Of a DNA stretch of 37,809 nucleotides, positions 17,485 through 26,493 are shown one piece after another. The translations under genes were made by a program, and so were the position numbers. The stretch spans positions 1 to 37,809 of the IMG/VR virus record IMGVR_UViG_2602041644_000008, one strand, 5' to 3'. The DNA is from a virus. Lineage: Duplodnaviria; Heunggongvirae; Uroviricota; Caudoviricetes. Numbering within the stretch: the stretch's first letter is position 1; each line of letters starts with the position of its first letter. Below the pieces are notes generated by a model. The model ran no database searches, was not told where the DNA came from, and saw only the letters and a list, made by a program, of their open reading frames with translations.

Positions 17485-19955
17485 CAGAATCCCCCAACAG
17501 TAAGGCGAGGAATAACGGCAAGAACAGACAGCGGCAACGGATCAAGCTGACGGATTTTTACACGTCCGTTTTTGCCCCAGTTACTGTCCAGTTTCACTTC
17601 TACTTTTCCGGTAGCATCATCAACAGGATCATCGTAGAACTCGAATTCACGCTGTGGATATTCGTACCATTTACCGCCGGGCGTAGTCGCCCAGATGCCG
17701 CGACTGGCATTCACAACCAGAGTAACGGAGGGGATCACCTGTTTTTTGTCCAGCAGCGTTTCCTGTCCGTTAATGTTGATATCCAGTGTTTCGAATTCAG
17801 CAGTTATTGGCAGGCCGATGTGCACTACAGCCCCCGGAGATTCCAGCGTGACGGCACCTCCGGAAACCACTTTCTGTGGTTCCACGTTCGCATCAGAGAG
17901 AATGTTTACGGTCTGGCCTTCAAGATGAGACAGGCCTCCAAATGTCCGGCGCGCCATCTGCCAGTTCGTGGTGGCCACATTCCTGAGGGATGGCGGGACG
18001 TTCCTGTTAGCACGAACCACTACAGCGGTGTTGCTGGTTACAGAAATAATGTCGCAACGTAATTCTTTTGACACTTCATCGCCAGTATCAGGATCAGTTC
18101 CGGTATAAGGGAACTGTAGTTGCGCGCCGACATCACTACTGGTGAAGTACGCACCACCAGAAACACTGATTGTATATTCCGCATGGTAATCCCATTCACC
18201 AGAACCACCAGTGATGGTCATCGTTCTGTCAGACGTATTTCTTCCATCATAGCTAAGGCCAGAATCAACAAAGAAAGCATCTTCATCGCTGGTAAATAAA
18301 CGGCTGGACAGTCGCTCGATGTATCTCACTGTTTGCCCGTTAACGGTTCGGTTAACGACGAAATACACCGCATCTTCATTGCCTTCGCTGATACTGCATG
18401 TGCTTTCATATTTTCCGGTACTGGATTGTGGTGCCCATGCAAAAACCTGCTGATCACGCAAATAGGTCATCACCAGTAATTTACCGTCATCACGAATGCA
18501 GAAGGCACTGGAGTAAGGGACAATCGAGAAGCACCAGTCAACAATGCTGTGCTTCTGAAAAAGATGATTGGCAAGGATGGTCAGGTCGTTCCCCTGATAG
18601 CCGTCAACATCGAATGAGTAGGCCAGATCACGGACAACGCTGCCTTTCTCCTGGACGAACAGAGCAATATTCGCCACGGCAATTGGCGGGACGTTGCTTG
18701 AGCCATTTGATCCCTGAGAGCTGAATGCAAATGATGATGGGGTTAACACTTTGTTCTGGTCGCCGGTGATGACGTACTCACCTCCGGAAGTCAGCGCCAC
18801 CAGAGAACCAACATCAATCAGGTGACGGATCTCATTAACCTGACGCCCGGCATAGGTGTAGATAATTCTGTCGTCATCCTGCGTAGGATTGCTTTTGCCA
18901 AAATCCTTATAATCCCCGGTACGGCTGGCCCAGATAGTCTGAGGGAACGCAGTCGATGCGGCGAAGTAAAGACGTTGTTGATAATAAACAACAGTGCCAG
19001 GATAACCATTAACACTGTTCCAGGCATATTTAGCCCATTTATAGCTGGCATTATCCTCGCCAACGACCTGCGAAGGGATATAGGAAATCACCTCGGCAGT
19101 TGCAGTAGTTCCATTTGCAGCAGTGATACGGGCAATGCCAAAACCACTGTGCAGATATTCCCACTCAATGCCGGTATCATCATCACCGGATCCGCCCCAG
19201 CCATCCCATGATGTGCCTTCTGTATGCGAAGGGCGCAAAGTGCCTGTTTTACCTGCTGTAACAGCGCGATAGTAGTTACTGTCTGCACGGCGAACATCGT
19301 CAATCGACGTACTCTTACTGGTTTCCCATACCGGCACTGAATCCACTGCAGGCTGTTCCAGATAGAACAATTTGCCTACCTGCTCCGAGCCAAAAATAGA
19401 GGCGCTTGCCGTTAACGTAATTGTCCCGGTGCTGGCGCTGGCATAAACCGTCACTGACTCGTCAATATTGATATCTTCAAATGGTCCGTTCTTCGTTACC
19501 ACATCAACCAGTTGCCAGTTGTCATGCGCATAGCGACGCAACTCTTTCGGCGGGTATGCCGGATGAACCAGCGTAAGCACGTCTGCGCTTTGCGTGAATT
19601 TAATTCGGAACAGATCGGCTTCAGTATATGGCGTGGCAATTTCATAAATAACATTGCTGCTGTTCAGCACCAACGCACCATCTTTGATAACGCGCATGTA
19701 CTGGTGTCCGAACTCCAGAGCATAGGTCTGAACCGTCGAGAACTGGAACGGGATCAGGCGGCATTTCCGATTTTGGTATTTGGCGGCACCGACAAAACGC
19801 GTACCAGGTCGATTCTCAACGCCGCCATACTGCCGCACGATAAAGTTATCGCACTTGCGCAATGCTACCTGGTACTTCGCCATGTCAATACGCCCGTACA
19901 ACGACGGTCCAATCTCACCACCGGCAAAACTGGGCTGGATCCAACTGATAGCCAT
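17484..19955 (-). CDS. Tail tubular protein B (T7 gp12-like nozzle)
   Basis: 823 aa (T7 gp12 is ~794 aa) directly after a ~200-aa tubular-A-like gene; beta-rich composition. Confidence 0.6.
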   Translation of the reverse strand: MAISWIQPSFAGGEIGPSLYGRIDMAKYQVALRKCDNFIVRQYGGVENRPGTRFVGAAKYQNRKCRLIPFQFSTVQTYALEFGHQYMRVIKDGALVLNSSNVIYEIATPYTEADLFRIKFTQSADVLTLVHPAYPPKELRRYAHDNWQLVDVVTKNGPFEDINIDESVTVYASASTGTITLTASASIFGSEQVGKLFYLEQPAVDSVPVWETSKSTSIDDVRRADSNYYRAVTAGKTGTLRPSHTEGTSWDGWGGSGDDDTGIEWEYLHSGFGIARITAANGTTATAEVISYIPSQVVGEDNASYKWAKYAWNSVNGYPGTVVYYQQRLYFAASTAFPQTIWASRTGDYKDFGKSNPTQDDDRIIYTYAGRQVNEIRHLIDVGSLVALTSGGEYVITGDQNKVLTPSSFAFSSQGSNGSSNVPPIAVANIALFVQEKGSVVRDLAYSFDVDGYQGNDLTILANHLFQKHSIVDWCFSIVPYSSAFCIRDDGKLLVMTYLRDQQVFAWAPQSSTGKYESTCSISEGNEDAVYFVVNRTVNGQTVRYIERLSSRLFTSDEDAFFVDSGLSYDGRNTSDRTMTITGGSGEWDYHAEYTISVSGGAYFTSSDVGAQLQFPYTGTDPDTGDEVSKELRCDIISVTSNTAVVVRANRNVPPSLRNVATTNWQMARRTFGGLSHLEGQTVNILSDANVEPQKVVSGGAVTLESPGAVVHIGLPITAEFETLDININGQETLLDKKQVIPSVTLVVNASRGIWATTPGGKWYEYPQREFEFYDDPVDDATGKVEVKLDSNWGKNGRVKIRQLDPLPLSVLAVIPRLTVGGF

Positions 19956-20560
19956 CAGGACAACCTCGCAATGGTAAACTCGTCAACCGGTGGCTGTGGT
20001 TCCTGTGATTCATTCTGGCTATGCGAGCCAGCACTCAGAATCACGCGATTGTACATATTGAGGGCAAACGTACCGAGGTCTGCCTTCCCAGTCAGCGCCA
20101 TGTTAATAGCTGCCGCAAGACGCCAGGCCAACGCCTCCATAAAAATGGCATCAAACATGTTCACATCTGAAACGCGAGAGACATACTTGAGCCATGCCTG
20201 CGGCTGGTCTGTGTAGATCAACTTTCCTGTTCCGTTGGTGTCTGCACCAACTTCGTACTGAACGCGCATTGCTGCTGTTGGATTGCGTACACCAGGAAGC
20301 ATAATTTCAGTAATGCGCAGACAATCGGACGGGTACTGGTACGCATATTCCCAGTCAGGCGGTGGATTGCTCGTATCTGCAAGCGCCACGCGTTTGGTAG
20401 CAAAGTTCCAGTCAAAATCAGAAAGCACAGCATCACGGCAGGCCTCAAAGTGCAGCGAACATTCCCCCGCTTCCTTGCTGGCTTCCGTCAGGCTGTTAAT
20501 ACTGCGGCTGTTGCCAATATTGGACAGCGCACGATTGCAGATCTCTACTACAGAGGCCAT
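19955..20560 (-). CDS. Tail tubular protein A (T7 gp11-like adaptor)
   Basis: 201 aa; position and size match gp11; N-terminal region loosely resembles gp11. Confidence 0.55.
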   Translation of the reverse strand: MASVVEICNRALSNIGNSRSINSLTEASKEAGECSLHFEACRDAVLSDFDWNFATKRVALADTSNPPPDWEYAYQYPSDCLRITEIMLPGVRNPTAAMRVQYEVGADTNGTGKLIYTDQPQAWLKYVSRVSDVNMFDAIFMEALAWRLAAAINMALTGKADLGTFALNMYNRVILSAGSHSQNESQEPQPPVDEFTIARLS

Positions 20561-20573
20561 AAGTTTCTATACT

Positions 20574-20598
20574 CCTGCAATAAAGGGGCCGAAGCCCC
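20574..20598 (-). terminator. Intra-operon terminator/attenuator between head and tail genes
   Basis: On the minus strand GGGGC-TTCG-GCCCC followed by TTTATT. Confidence 0.4.
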
Positions 20599-20616
20599 TT
20601 GTCTGATTCGCGAGGC

Positions 20617-20961
20617 TTACACGCCCAGTTCTTTACGCTTATCTGCGATCTTCTTGCGTAGCGTTTCGGCTTTGGCGTTATGGTGTGGCTTCTCGTTAAA
20701 GAGCAATTCGTACTCTTCACGGAGCTTATCCAGTTCACCATCATCTGACACATCGTTGATGATTTTGGTGCTGGTTGCTGCCATTGACACCTTTCCTGCA
20801 ACTTTTGCTTTTGCCTGTCTGGCTGCATCGTTAACAGGTTCCAGTGCGCTACCAGGCTCACCTTCGTATTCGATTTCTGCCCCCTCCGGCCACAGAGTGT
20901 TATGGATATGAGAGAGGCGCAGAACGCGGTATCTTGGTTTCTCACCTGACATCGATATCAC
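20617..20961 (-). CDS. Hypothetical head-associated protein
   Basis: 114-aa ORF in the structural operon with charged C-terminus. Confidence 0.4.
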   Translation of the reverse strand: MISMSGEKPRYRVLRLSHIHNTLWPEGAEIEYEGEPGSALEPVNDAARQAKAKVAGKVSMAATSTKIINDVSDDGELDKLREEYELLFNEKPHHNAKAETLRKKIADKRKELGV

Positions 20962-20962
20962 C

Positions 20963-21400
20963 TTAACCAGTTACTTTTGAGCGGATCGGGTACGGCGTAT
21001 TGGCATCAACATCCAGACTGATACCCGCAGTGAATTTGCCAGCCGTTAGTGGGCCAGTTGCGACGGAGTAGTTAACACGCAGATATCGCTGAACACCGGC
21101 AGGCACCTTTGCAGAAACAACTCGTTTACCTGCTGTCAGGGCGGTCTTTGCCAGTGCGCCACTATCATAAATAGTGGTCCATGAGCTGTTATTCTCACTC
21201 GTCTGCAACTGGATGTTTACAGTTGCCTCACCACTTGCCGTGGCGGCTTCGTTAACCAGCACCCAAAACTCAAGCGGATAACCCACGCCGATATCACGAC
21301 GTTTTCCGTCAATTGGACCGAGATCGATTACGTCAGTAGAAGCCGCGGTATTCGTAACCGCCTGAGCTTCGGAGAACATCAACAGTTTGTCGGTGATCAT
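20963..21400 (-). CDS. Hypothetical structural protein (possible capsid decoration protein)
   Basis: 145 aa, beta-rich, directly downstream of the capsid gene. Confidence 0.4.
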   Translation of the reverse strand: MITDKLLMFSEAQAVTNTAASTDVIDLGPIDGKRRDIGVGYPLEFWVLVNEAATASGEATVNIQLQTSENNSSWTTIYDSGALAKTALTAGKRVVSAKVPAGVQRYLRVNYSVATGPLTAGKFTAGISLDVDANTPYPIRSKVTG

Positions 21401-21451
21401 CTTCTTTCTCCATTAGTGGGTCTGTTACGACCCACAGGTTAATAACAGGCG

Positions 21452-22438
21452 TTACACCACGCGGGCTTCTGTTTCCAGAAGCGCATCAGTTTCACGGATT
21501 GGTACACCACGGAATGAAGTCCACCACTCGCCTTCTGTCTCTTTTACGCTGATCGCCAGAGATGTTTTCTCCAGAGATTGCAGATCAAGAGCCTGGCCTA
21601 CAGTGCGGTTCATGTAGAACACCGGGCGACCCATGCCACGATTTGGAATGCGATGCAGTGCTTTAACCATCAACTTCGCAATATTTGCGGCAGAGGATGG
21701 TTCTGAAAGATTGCTGACATCGATGTTTGCAATGCGAACAACATAACGCCAGTCACGCAGAGCAAGTCCGTTATCCCATTTGTAATGGGTACGGTAGCCT
21801 TCGTACTTGCCGCCATTAGCATCTTCCAGTGTCACCTGGCCTTTATCTTCCATCTGAATGCCAGCCTTCTGCCCTTTCGGGAAGATGCCATGCACGGTGT
21901 TTTCGCCCCACACCACTAACCAGATTGAGGTGTTATCTGTACCCGTGCCACCAGCATCAATGATGTTCTGAGCATTACCTGCAGACAGGCTGGAATAGCG
22001 GGAGGACAGTCCCATAAACTGCTGAGGGTTAACGCTGGAATCACCATAAAACAGCGTCTGCGCCATCTGCTGATTCATCGCTTCAATAAATGCGCGGTCT
22101 TCAGACAGGCGGAATTCGGCGGTATTGCCGTTCAGATCAGCCAGTGACTTATCGACTTCAGCATAGGTTTCCAGCATGCCCACGGAATCGGTTACCTGCA
22201 CTGTGGTTGATTTGCTTGGCTGTACGCCATAGTTCAGCAAACGCCAGGTAGCTGAAGGTAAACCAGAACGAATGGTGGTTTTGTGTCCGGTAGGAAGGTT
22301 CCCTTCGACAAAAGGCATATCCTGAAGGATCGGGTTAGTTTGACCGAGAAGCTCGATAATCTTATCGACTTTCCCATCTGGATCGACGCGCTTACCCCAG
22401 TCAGCCAGCGTTAGCGCAGTTAAGCCTTTAACAGCCAT
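21452..22438 (-). CDS. Major capsid protein
   Basis: 328 aa immediately after the scaffold gene; composition and position typical of HK97-fold coat proteins. Confidence 0.7.
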   Translation of the reverse strand: MAVKGLTALTLADWGKRVDPDGKVDKIIELLGQTNPILQDMPFVEGNLPTGHKTTIRSGLPSATWRLLNYGVQPSKSTTVQVTDSVGMLETYAEVDKSLADLNGNTAEFRLSEDRAFIEAMNQQMAQTLFYGDSSVNPQQFMGLSSRYSSLSAGNAQNIIDAGGTGTDNTSIWLVVWGENTVHGIFPKGQKAGIQMEDKGQVTLEDANGGKYEGYRTHYKWDNGLALRDWRYVVRIANIDVSNLSEPSSAANIAKLMVKALHRIPNRGMGRPVFYMNRTVGQALDLQSLEKTSLAISVKETEGEWWTSFRGVPIRETDALLETEARVV

Positions 22439-22452
22439 TGTTATTTCCTCTC

Positions 22453-23154
22453 TTATTTGCCATAGAGCACTTCGGCCGCACTACGCTGGCCTTCATTACC
22501 ACCGGTGACCATGCCATCTTCAGACATCGCCTTTCCGATTTTCACGAACGTTTTGACCAGATCAGGGTGATTACCCAGCCCGGTGGTGTTCAGATATTCT
22601 TTGAGTTCAGGTGTCCCGAACTGGTCAAGCGCACGCTGTGCGGCGCTAAGGTTAGAAATCAACTTGTCGCCACCGATTTCTTTGTCAGCTTTTACATCAG
22701 CAGCCCACTGCTCGGTTGTTTTCTGCCAGGCTTCTGCCTGGCGCTGCTGAACACCTGCCAGAATCTTCGGATAAGCATCAACCAGCTTTTGCGCTTGCTC
22801 GTTGGTCAGGTTAAGTTCTCGCGCCACCGGCTCGAATTCCTTCAACGCTTCTGTATCCAGCTCTACGCCTTCGGCAGCCTGAAACTCGTACTTCTCCGGC
22901 GCACCATCCGGTTTATCGCCGTCCTTTTTTTCACCCTGCTTATCGCTTTCAGGCTTTTTGTCATCAGCAGGTTTATCGCCATCAGCAACAGGTTGCGGCT
23001 TATCACCTTCTTGTTGTGATGGATCACCAACTGGAGCATGGTTATCACCTGCAGGCGCTGACGGTTCTGACGCAGCCGGAGCTGCTCCACCATCGACTGG
23101 TTGCTCATTGCAAAGACGGCGATACAGCAAACGCTCAAATAAATTCATGATCAC
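22453..23154 (-). CDS. Scaffolding protein
   Basis: Acidic, Pro/Asp/Lys-rich low-complexity N-terminal half plus helical C-terminal half; between portal and capsid. Confidence 0.6.
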   Translation of the reverse strand: MIMNLFERLLYRRLCNEQPVDGGAAPAASEPSAPAGDNHAPVGDPSQQEGDKPQPVADGDKPADDKKPESDKQGEKKDGDKPDGAPEKYEFQAAEGVELDTEALKEFEPVARELNLTNEQAQKLVDAYPKILAGVQQRQAEAWQKTTEQWAADVKADKEIGGDKLISNLSAAQRALDQFGTPELKEYLNTTGLGNHPDLVKTFVKIGKAMSEDGMVTGGNEGQRSAAEVLYGK

Positions 23155-23447
23155 TCCTGTTCACTGGCCTCTTTGGCCATCTTCAAATACTGTTCAGGGC
23201 AATGCGCCATAACGCGCTGAAACAGTTCCAGCGCCAGATTGCGTTGCCCCTCATTAAATGCCATTGCCATAGCGTCCATCGGTGAGATAGCGGAAAACAC
23301 ACGGCCTTTCTCCAGCACCGACCAGACAACGCGACGCCCCTGTTCACTGCTCATGACAAAGCGAATGTCATCAATTTCACGCTGCGCCATGTCACGTTGC
23401 TTACGGGCGTTTTCTTCTTTCAGTTGATCGTCTTCGTAATCTGTCAT
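23151..23447 (-). CDS. Small head-morphogenesis protein of unknown function
   Basis: 98 aa, charged; overlaps portal stop and scaffold start. Confidence 0.45.
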   Translation of the reverse strand: MTDYEDDQLKEENARKQRDMAQREIDDIRFVMSSEQGRRVVWSVLEKGRVFSAISPMDAMAMAFNEGQRNLALELFQRVMAHCPEQYLKMAKEASEQE

Positions 23448-25123
23448 TGTGATTGCCCACCCTGACCACTAACTGCATTCGCCATAGCTGACAAAACACT
23501 CGGATCCGAAGTTTTAGCTTCGCTTAGCGTCTTGGCACCCTGTGCCGCCGCCATCCCCATCGCCATCATTTGTTGCTGCTGTTGCTGCTGTGCCCGTTGC
23601 TGGCGAGCCTGCTCAACCTGTTCCTGCGGAACAATGACGGTTGGAGACACTCCGGACATATCAGCGAATGCATCGATCGCCTGATCAACGTTGAGTTTGT
23701 CGAGAGCTTCTGGTTTCGCTTGCGCAAGTTGACCAATGAAGTTGACCGTAGACGCCAGACTGGACAGGCCGATAGACTTCTGCGCCTGAGCCATGACGGA
23801 AATGTATTCGACCTTCAGGGGCATACCTTCCATCGCGTCAGGCGGTGGCGGCAGCATGTTTTTACGCACCATCATCGAGAAAGAGCGGTCAATGAGAGGA
23901 TTAAGACATTCGTCGTTCAGACGCTCCAGAACCGGCCCCAACATCAGAAGTTTTTCTTCTTTCATTTCGATCACCGCTTCAACAGGCATCGAGCGGGTAT
24001 TGATGTTCTGCAACATCATGAACAGATCGACAAAGTAGGCGCTGTTAATGATTTGACGAGTGTCCTGAATGTCTGCTACCAAATCTGCTGTACTGGGGTT
24101 AACCAGATAAGCAGGCCTGAAGCCATCCTGACCAGTAATCTGATCGATATACGTGATGTCGCCAGGAAGAAGGGAGGCGCGCTGATTCTTGAGGGAAATC
24201 GGAGCAACCATCGGCGGATTGGTGGCTTTATCAATCAACTGCGACTTGCGCTTCTGGAGAAGCTGCAATGCCTTAACAGGTCCAAGCGCCAGCATACCCG
24301 GGCATGATGATCCATAAACATCTTCGCCGTTAACTTCCCAGCGCGGAGCCATAATTGGAAACTCATCGAATCCGGACTCACGCAACAACTTGTCGTTATC
24401 GCCACCAACCTCGTAATAAACCGATTTGAATGGCTTGTTCTTGCTATCCAGCTTCGATGTATCGCGGTCAATGTTCGGGTAAACCGAATGCATCACTTCA
24501 ATCCACTTCTCGTAGGTGCCGCTTTCCCACATGCTTTTTACGGATTCGCTGACGTTATTTAGCCCGAACTCCTGAACAAGCTGACGAACAGTCATAGAGA
24601 ACTTGCGAAAACAGGTGTCCACACTGCCACGAGGTGAGTTAGCCAGGTAGTAACTGCCTATCGGGAATGGCATTGTGCGAATGATGTCCTCGTCATCCTC
24701 CAGCACTGCCATTGCACCAGTGCTGTATGTGCCGAGGCTTCCGTATAACTGCGGCAGCGACTGATAGAGATTCGACTTATTGAACATATCGTTCATGCGG
24801 TTCTGCACCGCCTCAAGCCACAACTTAACAGGGCCATAATCCATCATTTCAGGATCTGGCGTAGCCAGGCGAAACCACGGACGCGCGGGGCTTGTGATGC
24901 CTGACATCATGCCGCTGGCGAGAGTGCGCGCCGCCATAGTCCCGGTCGAATCAATAATGCGTGTATTGCGTCGATCGTTACGGTTGACCTCAGAAGTCAG
25001 AAAGCGGGAACCACGCGGGTTGATGTAATCACTCAACTCGCGCCAGTGCGGCTCGAACGACTGACGCTCGCTTTCAAGTTGTGCGAACTGTTTGTTCAAT
25101 CGCTCTTTAGTTGTTTCCGCCAT
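23444..25123 (-). CDS. Portal (head-to-tail connector) protein, podovirus type
   Basis: 559 aa with Gln/Ala-rich C-terminal tail typical of T7-type connectors; placed between terminase and scaffold. Confidence 0.7.
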   Translation of the reverse strand: MAETTKERLNKQFAQLESERQSFEPHWRELSDYINPRGSRFLTSEVNRNDRRNTRIIDSTGTMAARTLASGMMSGITSPARPWFRLATPDPEMMDYGPVKLWLEAVQNRMNDMFNKSNLYQSLPQLYGSLGTYSTGAMAVLEDDEDIIRTMPFPIGSYYLANSPRGSVDTCFRKFSMTVRQLVQEFGLNNVSESVKSMWESGTYEKWIEVMHSVYPNIDRDTSKLDSKNKPFKSVYYEVGGDNDKLLRESGFDEFPIMAPRWEVNGEDVYGSSCPGMLALGPVKALQLLQKRKSQLIDKATNPPMVAPISLKNQRASLLPGDITYIDQITGQDGFRPAYLVNPSTADLVADIQDTRQIINSAYFVDLFMMLQNINTRSMPVEAVIEMKEEKLLMLGPVLERLNDECLNPLIDRSFSMMVRKNMLPPPPDAMEGMPLKVEYISVMAQAQKSIGLSSLASTVNFIGQLAQAKPEALDKLNVDQAIDAFADMSGVSPTVIVPQEQVEQARQQRAQQQQQQQMMAMGMAAAQGAKTLSEAKTSDPSVLSAMANAVSGQGGQSQ

Positions 25124-25137
25124 TTCAATGACTCCGG

Positions 25138-25344
25138 TTACTGACCAAGCAGCGTTTTACCGCTGGTATTAGCGGTTGATGTGTCACCCTGAGAACCGGT
25201 AAGCAGCGTAGAACTACGACCAGCAGCAGCGCGACGGCGACGTGTTTCTTCGTCGCGGGCATCAACAACGGCGGCATCCTGCTCCTGTGGTGCTGCCTGA
25301 ACTTCTGGTGTTGCAGGCACTGATGGTGAGCTACCCATGCACAT
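25138..25344 (-). CDS. Small low-complexity ORF upstream of portal (uncertain)
   Basis: 68 aa, Ala/Thr/Arg-rich; SD GGAG ~10 nt upstream; may be 5' leader instead. Confidence 0.25.
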   Translation of the reverse strand: MCMGSSPSVPATPEVQAAPQEQDAAVVDARDEETRRRRAAAGRSSTLLTGSQGDTSTANTSGKTLLGQ

Positions 25345-25433
25345 ATCAATGACTCCGTACGCAATTAAATTATTACCAATTTAACCACATATGATTTATT
25401 TATCGTAGATAATTGACATTTAACGCACGAGTT

Positions 25434-25448
25434 ATTACCTTTCAGGTA
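25434..25448. promoter_or_regulatory. Operator-like palindrome TTACC-TTTCA-GGTAA (copy 5)
   Basis: Perfect inverted repeat ~90 bp upstream of the portal-side operon; TTGACA hexamer 17 bp upstream on the plus strand. Confidence 0.55.
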
Positions 25449-25771
25449 AGCAAAGAGTTCATTCCGGTTATTAACCTGACTGGCTTGTCGTTAAATTGAA
25501 CAGGTGGAGTGAGCTTTTATTTTGAGCAGTACGGCGTATGGCACATGCGCCGATAGCGGTCTGGATACGTTTAAGGGGTACCCTCCCTTGCTCGGGCAAA
25601 CGAACCAGGTAGCCGGAATGTGCAAGTCGAGCGGTTTTATTCCGCGCACGGGGATTCACCATCCCGGCGATTCGGTGTGACGCCTCGGAAGAGACGAGGG
25701 TACAACGATGAGAGCATTTATGGAGCCGCGACAAAGTGTGGCGCCTTAACAGGCTAAGTGCTCTCAGCGTT

Positions 25772-25848
25772 GTGGCATTAGCTCAGTTGGACAGAGCAAC
25801 CGCCTTCTAAGCGGTTGGTTGCAGGTTCGAATCCTGCATGCCACGCCA
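25772..25848 (+). tRNA. tRNA-Arg (anticodon UCU)
   Basis: 77 nt; acceptor stem GTGGCAT/ATGCCAC, D-stem GCTC/GAGC, anticodon stem ACCGC/GCGGT with loop CTTCTAA (anticodon TCT), T-arm GCAGG-TTCGAAT-CCTGC, discriminator G and encoded CCA. Confidence 0.85.
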
Positions 25849-25891
25849 GAATCACGCCTAAGGACCGTGATGCCAGAAGTTCCAGGTGCTT

Positions 25892-25934
25892 GGCGGTGAC
25901 AGTTTCCCTTGAAGGACTATCACCGCCCTTTTTA
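25892..25934 (+). terminator. Terminator downstream of the tRNA
   Basis: GGCGGTGA ... TCACCGCC stem followed by CTTTTT. Confidence 0.5.
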
Positions 25935-26046
25935 CAGCAGGACGCCATTGCGATGACTTCATGCTGTAAACCCGTACAGCCACGGAAGGCATAACTCATT
26001 GCTTCCAGTTCGCCCGGTTCGCCGGGCATTTTTTTAAGGTGAGATT

Positions 26047-26403
26047 ATGAACGACCAGCAAATCGAAAAAGAAATCGTTGAGAAAGGCAAAACCGCTCCG
26101 CGAGTTACGCCTCAATATATCGAAAGCATCATTCTTGAAGAGCATTTCTTTACTGCTTATGACGGCATTCGTGCTGCCAATATGGGCGTTGGCGATACGT
26201 GGACAGCGCATAAATCTACAGACCTCCTTACTTTCTGCGTACTGGTGCTGAAGAATGGCTTCACCGTCACCGGAGAGAGCGCATGTGCAAGCCCGGAAAA
26301 CTTTGATGCAGAAATTGGTCGGAAGATTGCCAGGCAGAATGCTGTAAACAAAATCTGGATGCTTGAAGGTTACTTGCTGAAGCAGAAGTTAAGCGAGCAA
26401 TAA
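26047..26403 (+). CDS. Small phage accessory protein (possibly Gp49-like)
   Basis: 118 aa on the strand opposite to the flanking terminase/portal genes; family assignment from recall only. Confidence 0.45.
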   Translation: MNDQQIEKEIVEKGKTAPRVTPQYIESIILEEHFFTAYDGIRAANMGVGDTWTAHKSTDLLTFCVLVLKNGFTVTGESACASPENFDAEIGRKIARQNAVNKIWMLEGYLLKQKLSEQ

Positions 26404-26407
26404 CACC

Positions 26408-26419
26408 GTGACATGTCAC
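26408..26419. repeat. 12-bp perfect palindrome GTGACATGTCAC (copy 1)
   Basis: Exact palindrome between the small plus-strand gene and the terL 3' end; identical to copy at 28673-28684. Confidence 0.6.
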
Positions 26420-26423
26420 AAAC

Positions 26424-26450
26424 AGCCAGCCTATGAGCTGGCTTTGTTTT
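26424..26450. terminator. Terminator (plus strand; weaker on minus)
   Basis: AGCCAGC-CTATGA-GCTGGCT followed by TTGTTTT. Confidence 0.55.
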
Positions 26451-26493
26451 ATCCTCACCAGAGGATATCAACGACATTATCCCCACCAGCGGA

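Noticed and set aside
19512-20216. 234-aa plus-strand ORF inside the tail tubular gene region
   Set aside because: Antisense to tightly coupled structural genes on the minus strand; Arg/Cys-rich translation typical of a non-coding frame.
22438-23019. 193-aa plus-strand ORF
   Set aside because: Antisense to the scaffold gene; Leu/Phe/Arg-rich composition reflecting the complement of an acidic gene.
23570-24307. 245-aa plus-strand ORF
   Set aside because: Antisense to the portal gene; His/Arg-rich low-plausibility product.
25471-25734. 87-aa minus-strand ORF in the GC-rich segment upstream of the tRNA
   Set aside because: No RBS and an Arg/His/Ser-rich low-plausibility product; the region is more likely non-coding RNA or leader.
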